Positions 24,809-36,590 of a DNA stretch of 64,000 nucleotides are shown piece after piece. Made by a program: the position numbers and the translations under genes. The notes beneath the pieces were generated by a model. It did not search any database and had not been told where the DNA came from. It saw nothing but the letters and a program-made list of their open reading frames with translations. Positions within the stretch are counted from its first letter, which is position 1. Each line of letters begins with the position of its first letter. The stretch is from the NCBI GenBank assembly GCA_030324005.1, contig JARDVH010000121.1:27012549-27076548 (forward strand). Direction: 5' to 3'. The stretch comes from Negaprion brevirostris. Lineage: Eukaryota.

Positions 24809-26716
24809 CTGTCCCAGGAGGTCCTTGTATGATAGCCAGTTCCTTAGTCAATGCCATCTGCAGAGCTTGCATCTGTGACTCATCTAGGTTCAGCTCTTCC
24901 TTTGAAGGCCATGACGCAGGATCCAGGACATTGACTTTGCTGTTCCTTTGCAAAGATTCAAAGGTTTGTTCGGTGTTTTCCTCAGAATCCTGTGATTTTC
25001 TATTCATTAAAGCTTCAAGATCATAGCTGTCGTTGAAAGTCAGGTATCTTGGAACTTGGATTTCTGTGTTACAGTCTACAATATACTTTTGAAAAGGAAC
25101 ATCTTCTCCTTGGATCTCCTGTAATCCCTCCAGAACATGGCGGTAGGCTTCAAAATATGCTGTTGTTTCAACCATCAGGAAACAGTCTGAAGGTTCCAAC
25201 TCAGCCAACAGGTGTCGGCTTCGCACATTAAAAGACAGGTGAACAATGCCCTCTTTGAGCTCCACAGGATCCCGATTTGACACAGTTGCAAACAGCAAAG
25301 TTTCAAAGTTATCCTTTGATATACACACGAGAGACCCGTATAGCAGACGCTTTGAATTTTGCCACCGGACAAATTTCAGTGGCCTTGTGTCAAACTGGAC
25401 TTTGTAGCCTACACCAGTGGATGTGCAGAGTGGAACTAGGATGCGGGTGTTGAAATATACTCGAATATCATCGAATTTCCTCCTTCTCAGTCCTTTGTCA
25501 TCATAGTTCCGAAGCAACTCTAAGATCCCTTCTCTCAAAGGTCTCACAAAGTCTTCTCTCAGAAGACGGAAATGGGTATCAAGGTACACTTCAGTATTTG
25601 CATACTTCTCAGTAATGATATTTGGTCGCAGAAATGGTCTCTCTTCCAAATGCACCTCATTGTAGGTGGGATATATGGTCATTGTTCTGTAGTTGTCCTC
25701 AGGACCAGATTCTTGATTGTCTATCAACATATGTGTATCTGTTCTAAGAGTTCCATCTCGTTTTCTCTCTTGGAGGTGATGAATTATATTTTTGACTTTT
25801 TCCAAACTATTTTCAATGTGTTCACCAATTGAAACCCCGGCAGCTCGCAGAGTGTTCACCGTAGGATCCAAAACCAAAATCATCATGGACATCTCTTGAA
25901 CCGAACTGGCCGGAAAAATACTTACCAATTCCTGAAGCAAGAACAGAATGCTTTCAATATATTCAGGGTATTGCTGCCTACGCAAAGGCACTGGATCTGT
26001 GCTCATCTGAACCACATAGCGAGGCAATTGAACCTTCAGAAAGAGAGAGTCCTTTACAATACCCAGCAGATGCTGAATGCTCTGGCGGTCAGTCTTGGAC
26101 CTACAGGCCTTACATAAGACTTTACAAATTAGCTGGATAAAATTTGAATTTAGTTGTTGGCTTAATAAATCCTTTAGGGAAGAGCCATAGGCTAAAGTTA
26201 TAACAATTTCAGACGGTTCTTTGTCCAAAAGGCCCTCCATTGTTTTGTAGCCTAACTTCCTCACGAATGGTTCTTTGTCCTTTGCATGTTCCTCCTTAGT
26301 TACTTCTTGAGGCCTCCTTCTCTGGAAGTGAGGATTTCCTTGCATTTCCACATGTCTGCCCCTACCACCCTCACGAAAGTCATTCCTCCTCCACGGTTCA
26401 ATCCTACGCTCATTGTGCTGATCCCTCCTGCCCTGTTGGGGGACTTGGCGATTTCCCTGGACAACAGGAGCTCGTCCAGCTGGATTTCGATTCGCTCTTG
26501 CAGCATTTTGCCTCCCTTCTGCGTGTCTGGGATTGAGATTAAAGTTCCATTCTTGGTTCCTTCCTCCAATCTCTCTAGTTGCTAGCAACTCCGCTTGCCT
26601 GGGTGTTGAAAGGGCACGTCTGGGTTGTGGTGCATCTCTCTGGTCTGCTGGTCCAGCAGCATCTCTCTGGTTAGCATTATGTCGCCGTCCTCGGAGTTCA
26701 AGACGTTCCAAAGAAG
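24809..26716 (-). CDS. ZNFX1: ZNFX1 large coding exon 2 (N-terminal region, ARM-like domain, start of helicase)
   Basis: The 653-aa ORF contains KLGYK, YPTYNEVHL.ERPFLRPNII, YLDTHFRLLREDFVRPLREGI, VRWQNSKRLLYGSLVC, TAYFEAYRHVLEGLQE and LAIIQGPPGTG, all recognisable from vertebrate ZNFX1. AG at 26718-26717 and GT at 24808-24807. Confidence 0.97.
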
Positions 26717-27287
26717 CTAAAGGTATTAAAAAAAACACGAAAGGATGAATTTTTTAAAGTCGAATTGTTAAGGCCGTGTGTGTTGACACCAGCTTCCTTA
26801 GATGCTCTTGCACTTGTTTTCATTGCAAACTGAATAACAACATTAAAGAGCTTCTCCCCAGACTCTGTGCAATTGTTTGTTTCATAAATGTAATAGCTCA
26901 TTAGTTCTATAAGATCCAGCCCTTTTTATTTGCTGTTTCAAGCATGCATTATACAAGTTATGTAGAACTGACCATTTAGTTAATAGTCATCCAGCTATGA
27001 ATGGTTTACGGTTAACTTACTGCTTTGAATTGTTATGCAAATATTAACTCTCTCAGATCTGAACTGCAGTCTGACTAAACAGGCAAAAAGTAATCTCTTT
27101 AAATTCACAGAATAATGATAATGCAGAAATACCCATTTGACCCATGGGCTAAAACTAGAGTTTTTCCGGTATATTTATTGAGGACCATGCCTAACACCTA
27201 TACTGCTGTTTCAAAATAAAGGAGTCTGCACCTTTATAAAAGATATAAAAAGAAAGTAAAAGGAAATGACGAGAAATAATAAGAAAG

Positions 27288-27700
27288 TACTTGCATTTAT
27301 GTAGTATCTTTTACACCCTCAGGATACCTAAAAATGCTTTGTGGCCATCAAGGTTCTTTAGAAATGTATTGACTGCTATTTGGTTAAAAACAGCAGCTAA
27401 TCTTTGCACAGGATGGTCTCACAAACAGCAATGGGAAAAATAAGGAGAGAAACTGGTTTGCTGTTGGTATTTGAAGAATGACTTTCGGCCAGGGCAACAA
27501 AAAAACTTCTCTGCTCATTTTCAAATAGTGCTACCTGAGCAGGTAGACAAGTTATCTGTTTAACATCTCACCCAAAGACTAGGGCCATTGATGAAGTATC
27601 ACTCTTTCATTATAGACCAACGCCTAGATTGAGCGCTCATGTCCTGGAACAGGACTTTAACTCATAACCTTCAGACTTAGTGATAAGTGCACTATCACTT
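27288..27700 (-). mobile_element. Deu-domain SINE (SacSINE1/AmnSINE1-like), degenerate
   Basis: Reverse-complement L2-type tail (ACTTGCATTTAT.TAG), central CACAAACAGCAATG...CTGCTC.TTTTCAAATAGTGC...TTTAACATCTCA motifs, and a tRNA-like head at about 27650-27700. Recognised from memory. Confidence 0.55.
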
Positions 27701-27734
27701 TCTAATACTTAAAATGAGCAACATTTATTTTTAT

Positions 27735-28720
27735 TCCTTCAGGAGTATGGGTATTGCTGGCTAGGCCAGTAGAATTGTCCATTCCTAATTGTCTTTGAGA
27801 AGGTGATGGTCAGCTGCCTTCTTGAACTGCTGCAGTCCATGTGCAGGTACATCCACTGTGCTGTTAGGGGGGTTGGCGGGGGGCGNNNNNNNNNNNNNNN
27901 NNNNNNNNNNNNNNNNNNNNNNNNNNNNNNNNNNNNNNNNNNNNNNNNNNNNNNNNNNNNNNNNNNNNNNNNNNNNNNNNNNNNNNNNNNNNNNNNNNNN
28001 NNNNNNNNNNNNNNNNNTTGTATTTCAAGGTGGTAGCAGTCATGGGTTTGGAAGGTACTGCTGAAGGATTCTTGGTGATTTCCTGCAGTGCATCTTGTAA
28101 ATGGTACACAGTGCTGCCACTGTGCATCAATGGTGGAGGGAGTAAATGGTTAAGGCGGTCAATGGGGTGCCAATTGAATCTGCTTCAGCCTGGATAGTGT
28201 CAACTTTCTTGAGTGTTGTTGCAGCTACATTCATCCAGGCAAGTGAAGAGTATTCCATTACACTTCTGACTTATGCCTTGTAGGTGATGAACAAGCTTTA
28301 GGAATCAGGAGGTGAATCATGTGTTGCAGAGTTACTGCCAACCTCTGATCTGCTCTTGTAGGCACAGCATGTATATGGCTGGTCCAATTCAGTTTCTGGT
28401 CAAAGATAACCCTATGGTGTTAATAGCGGGAGATTCAGTAATGGTAATTTCATGAAATGTCAAAGAAAAATGGTTAGTTTCTTTCTTGTTAGAGATTGTT
28501 ATTGCCTGGTACTTTCGTGGTATGAATGTTACTTGTCACTCGTCAACCTAAATTTGAATGTTGTCCAGGTGTTGCTGCGTATGGACATGGACTGCTTCAT
28601 TATCCGAGGAGTCATGAATGGTGCTGAACATTGTGCAATGATCATTGAAGATCTGACCTTATGATGGAGGGAAGGTCATTAAAGAAGCTGGTTGGGCCTA
28701 GGACATCACCCTGAGGAACT
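27735..28720 (-). mobile_element. LINE 3' fragment (same family as 19080-19960), reverse orientation
   Basis: Reverse complement of the ...AAGGCAGCTCACCACCACCTTCTCAA tail, and a VPQG.VLGPT.F..NDLP RT motif in ORF 28642..28830. Confidence 0.8.
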
Positions 28721-29839
28721 TGAGCAGAATTTCCAGGAAGGAAAGAAGTGGAAAGTGAGGAAACAAAAGAGTTAAGCAAACGCAAAATAGAATTCCAATA
28801 AGAACTACAGAAATCATAGGTCAAGGTCATCCAGGATGAAAGTTAAAGTTCACAAAATTATGTGGTATTTAAACCATCTGCAGCTTCCCATCACCCAGTA
28901 GACCCTTCACATTACCAATGCATTCTTAAGCCTTTTGGCATGTCCTAAGTAGAGCTTGTTTTATGTAGACCAAGCTTGCCTTTCATTAGATTTGCTGTTA
29001 ATAAACCATAAGGTGACAAACAGCCACATTCAAGTATGACGTGTTAATGGTTAATTTTACAAACTCGAGAGTCTCTGTCCACATCCTGCATTAAGTTATT
29101 CTGAAACAGATCCCTTAATACCAAGATTGTTGCCATAAAGGCTTATGCATAAATCAAGGAAATAAGAGAAAGAAAAGTTAACAATTGAAGAATAAAAATT
29201 TAAAGACAAGCAAAAGTCAAAGAGAGTTAAAGGTACACAACAAGGAAATGGATTTAAACTGCCAGAGGAGACCCTGTCAGAGGATAAATATAAATGTTTC
29301 CTCACAGGAAGGGAGAGAACAATCAACAACTGACTCACCACACTCACTCCCTTTCGGAACACAATAACACTTCACTTTCAAATCACTGGAAATGAATTCT
29401 GCTCCACGAAAGAAACTGCACAATCAATTTTAATTGAAAGTCAAACCTTTTGAAGCGCTCAAATATAACTGTGCAAACTAACACTGAGCTGAGCCATGAG
29501 ACCTGGCTCTAAATGTAACCCTCAACTTCTGACATAGCAAGTTCCCAATCTCTATTGCAATCCAAAGTGTAGAGATGAGGTCCTATGTTTCCTCACAGGA
29601 CAGAAGAATTAGAGGGCAATAAACTGCATGCTGTTCACAAGCACTTTCAGGCAGCTTACTAAAAGTCACACTCGTCAGAACTTGATAGCAGGTCACTTAC
29701 CAGCCTTCCTAGCTTGGGAAGTGTTGAATAGTTCAGTAAGACAGAGAGGTGAAAGAAATAGCACTGGAAAATACAAGATGAAATATACATCCTTCATGGA
29801 TTGCAAGAAAGGTCTGTAATCTTTAATAATCTCTCTCAC

Positions 29840-29963
29840 CATCTCCTCTTCTCGGGTTTTGTCTTGACCGTTCTGCTGTAGCTGCTCTTCTGTTTGGGTT
29901 GTCCAGCTCAGTTTCTCGGCCCCTCCATCGGTGGTGATCTCTTTGCCAACGGTCAGGATCCAT
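29840..29963 (-). CDS. ZNFX1: ZNFX1 first coding exon (exon 29840-29978, ATG at 29963)
   Basis: Encodes MDPDRWQRDHHRWRGRETELDNPNRRAATAERSRQNPRRGD. Acceptor TCTTCACAG ends at 29979 and the donor is G|GTGAG. Phase 1 joins in frame (G|CT = Ala) to the large exon, and the Arg-rich composition matches the start of that exon. Confidence 0.8.
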
Positions 29964-30897
29964 TTGAAACAATTTGCTCTGTGAAGACATCAAGCAATTA
30001 TATAATGCATTATTATTGCAACAAGAGGTGGTACCTTCCGCAAAGGCCTGATGTGAGTACACGGTTTCACAATGAGGGTGAAGGAGGATAATTACTGTCC
30101 TTCTCATTTATTTTCTCTGTTCCCTGTCTTGAGGGCTGTCTTCATTGCTGAGGGTATCTCAGTCAAGTGGTAATAATTATTTGGAAAACTAGATCAAGAG
30201 TGGTAACAACCAATTTGACTAAAGGACAACCATAACCAAATCCAATTTTGTCTTCTCCCAATCTGCCTGAATGTAGACTTTCAGCAGCATTCAATGACCA
30301 ACAATGAGCAGCTGGAATACTGATCAATATTCTATTTCCAATTTACAGGTATTGAGGCCAATTATTCCTCTCCCATGTTCCTTCTGTCTACCAGTCTAGT
30401 TGAGAATAGATAACTAGCAATTGCATCCCATGCTTCCCAATCTGTGCGGCTTAAGCAACTGAACACTGGGGCAGGTTGGTGGGAAGTGAATATTTTAATG
30501 AATAATCTACCAAAAAATATCTGTTATTTCAATTATAGGTGTACATTATTAGATTGAAGGGGACAACTCAAATCTAATATTCAGGAATGCTTTAGCTGTT
30601 GATTCCAGGCAGCTTTTCCTTAGCAGTCTTTGTTTAGTTCTTTTAAGAAATTAATTCTATGGCGTAATAAAGTTGAGCACGTTTTCTTAACCAATTCACT
30701 GTAAGTATGACTCTATAAATCAAAGAATTAGAGTATCCTTGTTTCACATCATGCTACAGTCAGCCAAGAGACTCACATTTGTCTCAAAGGAGAGTTGCGT
30801 TACTTATACTGCAATCCACAAGAGTACACTGCTGACCAATTCCCATTCAGATTAACGGTTAATAATAAATTCAATGCTTGGGAAATAATCATAATAC

Positions 30898-31107
30898 TTT
30901 TTTTTTGTTTTTTATTCCAATTCAATCAAATCAAGTTTGATTCAGAATCTCAACAAGTTGAGACATTCCTGATCCAAACTGACAAGACAGGGCTCTCACC
31001 TCCTGTCTTGGGCTTGATCTACATGATCCAAGCTGATTGCAGTCGGCATAGCTCCTCCTCCAAGGCTTGATCTCATTTGCATCTTAGCCAAAAGGCCGAG
31101 ATGCCGC
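30898..31107 (-). other. Poly(A)-tailed retroposed element with U2 snRNA-derived 5' end (candidate SINEU-like element, not a U2 gene)
   Basis: Minus strand 31101-31081 is TCTCGGCCTTTTGGCTAAGAT, identical to U2 nt 7-27 as recalled. There is no branch-point recognition sequence or Sm site. AATAAA at 30916-30911 is followed by an A-tract. Confidence 0.7.
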
Positions 31108-33354
31108 TTTAAAAAATTGCTTCAAATGAAGCTAAAATGTAACCTAATGACTTCAACTAAGCGCAGCATGTCGATACTACATTTGATCAAGAGAAATTCC
31201 CTGAACCAGGTCCGTAATTCTGACATTTGTAGAGTCAATGGTGCCACAAAAAGTTTGGAAAGAATATAGTGTCCAAGATTATCCTTATATTCAGCACAGC
31301 CATTCATGGATTATGAAGTAACCTTCTCCTGTAAATTTTAGTTCTCCTTCTTAGGAACTGCCAAATATTTGAAGTAGGCCTTCAAAAAACTCCTTGCTAT
31401 TTGTCAGTTTACTCAGCATCCCCAACTAACTGTCCTCTGATACCTCAATCAAACTGTCATCTGATACCACAATCTTCATTGTGATTCTAAAACGGCAAGT
31501 GGGAGTATGTTATCTGGCCATATAAGGCATCTTCGCCAAGCACTATAGCGTCATGATGTTAAGGCACGGACTTACTAGCATGGGTCACTCATTAGTAATA
31601 GGACCAGCAACCCTGACTGCCTTTCCTCTATTTCTTGAACATAATTCAGCCTCAACAATCATCTAGATTGCGATCAGCTAGTCCAGCACTGGACTATTTA
31701 TCAGTAACATGCATTCTGGGAAGAATTGATGTCAAGGAGCATGGGAATGGGTAAGGTTTCAGAGACCTCAATTGAAAGCTTCCTCAGTCTTGGATCCTTG
31801 CAACCAAATACAGCAACAATCAATGGTGATGATCACATCTTTTGTTTATGCTACCATTACAATTTGTGCAAATAGTTAAAAAAAAATCTGCACTTTGTGA
31901 TGCAAGGGAACACTTGTATAAGAACATGGTTGGATTTTTCAGGACATTTTGGATCCTCATTTCTACATTCAATACTTTCAAAACAAAGCAATGATTTCAT
32001 TTTCTGGTGTAGTCATGACTACTTTATGTTAATAAATTAAAACAAGGAACTGTTGCTTGATGACTGTGTAAACAGTGCCTACACAATGTTTCTCTAACAG
32101 CTACTGCTACTCTTTATTACTACAGTAGTACTGAACATAAAACTCCAAATACGCAAGCAGTGTTGCTTTGTTACAAGCAATACCAATACATTACTGAAGT
32201 TCTTATTTCAGCTGTATTTAGTACAATGAAATATTACATATAAAAAACTAGTTCTCTACAACTACAGATCTTCATGCTCAGTTCCATTTTCAATATTACC
32301 AAGGCTGTTTACACAGTATCATTTTAAAGCCTATGAATACTCATCACAATTCCTTTCTCCAAAGGATTTTGATGCAAACAAGTCCATTCAAATAGGAGAA
32401 AAAAAGGCAAACACAACACGTTGACATATAAAGCAGTATATTTATCCCCAAGGTAGGGAAATTTCCCAGCTTGGTGTCCTGCCTCAGGAANNNNNNNNNN
32501 NNNNNNNNNNNNNNNNNNNNNNNNNNNNNNNNNNNNNNNNNNNNNNNNNNNNNNNNNNNNNNNNNNNNNNNNNNNNNNNNNNNNNNNNNNNNNNNNNNNN
32601 NNNNNNNNNNNNNNNNNNNNNNNNNNNNNNNNNNNNNNNNNNNNNNNNNNNNNNNNNNNNNNNNNNNNNNNNNNNNNNNNNNNNNNNNNNNNNNNNNNNN
32701 NNNNNNNNNNNNNNNNNNNNNNNNNNNNNNNNNCCCTATCCATGTCCCCTTATACCCTCCTTCCCAACTCCCATGCCCTCATGGCCTCCAAACCATCCTA
32801 CATTCCTTTACCCATGCTGCCAGCACCCTATGTACCTTCCATGCCAAGCAATGCCTCTCCAGCATCACCACCCCCCCCCCCCCCAACCACATCGTCCTTC
32901 ATACCCTCCACGGCAAACAACAGCACTTTCATGCCAATACATCCAGTACAAGGAACCAATAAACCCTTTGGCAACAATAGCATGTGTGGCAAAGGTTTTA
33001 AAAAATCATTCAATTGCTACATTCTACTTTCCTTTTAAAAAGCTGCTTTTACTACAGCCCTATAAAAGGATTTTGCATCCAGACCAGAGGCTGCTGCCAG
33101 CAGAGGCAACCAAATGGATGAATGCCATTACTGCTCCCAAGGGAGAACATTGCTTAATTGTCAGCCATTTCTCTTTGATCTATTCTGCTGAGTGCACAAT
33201 GTTTATTTACACAAGATAAGGTGTGGAATGCTTGTAGCTTCTGCTATTGATACTTTAAATGTCTGGATGATTTGCACTTTTATTAGGCGGTAGTAAAAAG
33301 TTTTCTTTAGGAAAGTGAAAAATCATAAATGGTTCACTATTTCAGCAAACTTTT

Positions 33355-33645
33355 GATGTGGAGATGCTGGCATTGTACTGGGGTAAACACAATAAGAAGT
33401 CTCACAACACCAGGTTAAAGTCCAACAAGTTTACTTGATAGTAAACCCACTAGCTTTCAGAGTTTGCCCCTTCATCAGGTGAGTACTCATTCAGTACTCA
33501 TTCAGTATTGTGTAAACTGTGTGTGCCTTTATATGCCCTGTGTGTGACCAGAACTCTCCACTCACCTGACAAAACCCCAAAAACTAGTGGGTTTACTATT
33601 AAATAAACTTGTTGGACTTTAAATTGATGTTGTGAGACTTGTTAC
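33355..33645. mobile_element. Penelope-like fold-back insertion with TSD and hammerhead motif
   Basis: Inverted arms; TCAGCAAA[C/G]TTTT at 33342-33354 and 33646-33658; minus-strand CAC-CTGATGA-AGGGG-caaa-CTCT-GAAA-GC-TA-GTG at 33481-33448. Confidence 0.8.
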
Positions 33646-36278
33646 TCAGCAAAGTTTTTCCAGGCATGCTATTGTTACTGTAGTGTCCACAGGTTCTGTA
33701 TACTGACTGAATGGACATGGAGGGCATGAGGGACCTGGGAAGTGGGGCTTGTGGCAGAGCTTGGCATAGGGGTGGACAGGATAACTTGCCTTTCAAAACA
33801 TTCCCTCATGTAAACCACCTGACAGAAGACATAAACCCCTCTTCAAAAAACTGGCCCAACAATATGAACACTGGGGAGGCTAGGCGATGCCCATCCTCAG
33901 AATGGAGCTAGCCAGGTTTGGAGTGCAGGGCACCAGGTCATGACCTGCTCCCTCTTGCAACGTTATGCTGTGCTGGTGAAATTTAGGGACACCAGAATGG
34001 GGCTGGGAATCCCCATTTTAAAGTCCCATAAAGTATCCCCAACTTCATGAAAATCCAGCCCATAATTACAGCATGATTTCAATGCCACAGAGAATAACAC
34101 TGGACAGCTGGCAGACATTGTAAGACTGCACTATTATTAGGATATATCCCAGACAGGTTATTTAACCAGCCAAAAAGCAAGGAGTTAAGCTTCTTTTAAA
34201 TGGAGGGAAAGGAAAGTTAAATTTGTTGCATGTCATTTTTGTTCCTATGCTTTATGATGATGCAATGTCCACATGGTTGAATTCCAGTTTCATTGCCCCA
34301 GTCTTACTTTTTTTCCTCCTGGAGATACCAATTGTTCTTGGAATAGTGTTCCTCAGATGCTGACAGTCAACACCTTCAGAAGATAATCTCTCTCCTCAAC
34401 CTTCACACCATTTCTCTATATTTTATTTTGCTTAATTTTATCAGCTTTCTTTTTCACTTCTATTTTTTCATTTCTCCATTCCAGCTCTCCTTCTTGCAGC
34501 CTGCCCCCCCCCCCAACAGCCCCATTCAGTGTAACTACCACATTTTTCAGACAGTCCTTTAACAATCTGTACCTACATTCTGCCATTCTCGTGCACTGAC
34601 GCACTTTTGGACACTTTTAGTACCTTCTCAGTCTTCTGTATTCTCACTTACACTCCCTTCGTCCAACCTCAACAGTAGAAATCTCTGCTGATTGTCTTTG
34701 TTCTCATCTCAGACGAAGGGCTATCTAGACTTGAAACATTGGCTCTGTTCTTTTCCCACAGATGCTGTCAGAGCTGCTGAGATTTTCCAGTACTTTCTGT
34801 TTTTGTTTCAGATTCCAGCATCTATTTATGTCATCCTGGATGGCAATCAATAATTGAACACAAATCAGACATCGAATATAAAATCTTGCAAGTCTTTATG
34901 TCTTGACATCACAAGTAGTGATCAGAAAGTACAACGGGATTCTGTTTCTGCTTGTTTAGGATCTGAATTCTGAAAATCTACACAAAGACTTTAATAAATG
35001 AATTCCTCCATAATGCACTCGCAGATTTAAAGTGTGATCCATCCTTTACAATTTTAATTCCTTGCTTTCAAGCTTTTCAGTTAAGTTTTTCTGTGAGTTT
35101 GANNNNNNNNNNNNNNNNNNNNNNNNNNNNNNNNNNNNNNNNNNNNNNNNNNNNNNNNNNNNNNNNNNNNNNNNNNNNNNNNNNNNNNNNNNNNNNNNNN
35201 NNNNNNNNNNNNNNNNNNNNNNNNNNNNNNNNNNNNNNNNNNNNNNNNNNNNNNNNNNNNNNNNNNNNNNNNNNNNNNNNNNNNNNNNNNNNNNNNNNNN
35301 NTGAAGTGCATTTCACTGAAATGTAATACTTGGATCCTCCCTTGAACAGTATCATATTATGAAATACCTTTGTAAATCTGAACCAACTATTCTAAACAAT
35401 AGAGGGAAATGTTTAAATACACTCCCACCCAATCTAGGTAGGGCACCTTCTCTGATTTCCTTTATTAAAATCCATTACAAATTAATACAGCTCCAAATAT
35501 GAATTGTGTCTCTTTAACAATCTAGCATCTAGTAACATTTTACATGGCTGAGCATATGGTAACTGAAGATTCTTAAATGAAATTAATGTTAAGACCATAA
35601 GATATAGGAGCTGAAGGAGGCAAATTGAGCCCATCCAGTCTACTCTGCCATTCAATGATATTACTTATCTGATAATATTACGATATAACCTGATCGTTAA
35701 TGCAAGGTTTTATTATCCCATGTATCAGGAAAATTACAGCCAATAAATTCTTGCATTTATCTTTGTAACGCTTATTATAACTGTAAGTGTCATGAGCCAC
35801 TGAGCTGGGTGCTGAAATGAGATGAAATGATTGAATGCTTTCTTTCAGTGTACATCGCCCTATGTCGCTTCTCTCCGCACCTCCCCACCCCATGCGTACA
35901 CACACACTCTCCCTCTCCAGCTCCGACCATACTCTCCTCGCAAACCGTAGGGCAAGGGAGGCCATCCATCACCTCCAGCATAGATGGCAGTGTGGGTGCC
36001 CAGCTTGAAAAACTGCTGTTGACTTACCATCAGGAAGTGCATGAGAACGGGAATAGCTTTACTGTTCAACTCGGTAACACAGACATTACTGCGAATGGCA
36101 AAGCTCAAAACTACCTGCGACCATCCCATGTGCTGAAATCATTTGTATCACGTCACCGTCTAACTGAGATAAAACTTTTGTATATATTATCTATGCAGTC
36201 CTCCCAGGCCGACTGACACACCACTTAACGCTTAAAACCCCCTCAGAATAACAGCATATGATATGATTCAGCCTTCAC

Positions 36279-36590
36279 CTGAGGATTCAGGGAGGTACCA
36301 GTACAAAGTGCCGGCTACTTCCCTATAGAAAGCGGCAACAAAAACAGAAGAAAAATACACAGACATGTCACAACAGCATACTGATACAGATATTCGGCTT
36401 AGATCACCACACGATGGAGCCGTATTTGTGGCAAAGTGGCCAATAAGACAATGAGATGTCAATCTGAGGCGGAGGGAGGGAAACGAAACTTACTAAATTA
36501 TTTACAATAATAAGGTGTAGAGTCAGCAGGACCCAATGAAGCAATGACACCATTTTCACTCCCCTCTGCCTACAGACATGAAACGAAACC
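36279..36590 (-). promoter_or_regulatory. Candidate ZNFX1 proximal promoter / non-coding first exon with ISREs
   Basis: Minus-strand donor CAG|GTGAAG at 36279/36278, CCAAT at 36440, GC box at 36468, and ISRE-like GAAACGAAACT (36480-36490) and GAAACGAAACC (36580-36590). Confidence 0.5.

Noticed and set aside
24777-26738. 653-aa ORF as a stand-alone intronless gene
   Set aside because: It has no true ATG start, is bounded by splice sites, and ends mid Walker A (GPPGTG|KT). It is one exon of ZNFX1.
31068-31107. Functional U2 snRNA gene
   Set aside because: Only the first ~30 nt are U2-like. The GTAGTA branch-point recognition sequence, Sm site and 3' stem-loops are missing and there is a poly(A) tail.
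32324-32962. Long ORFs spanning N runs (also 27803-28130, 35062-35355, 37587-38024, 41085-41555)
   Set aside because: Artefacts of assembly gaps.
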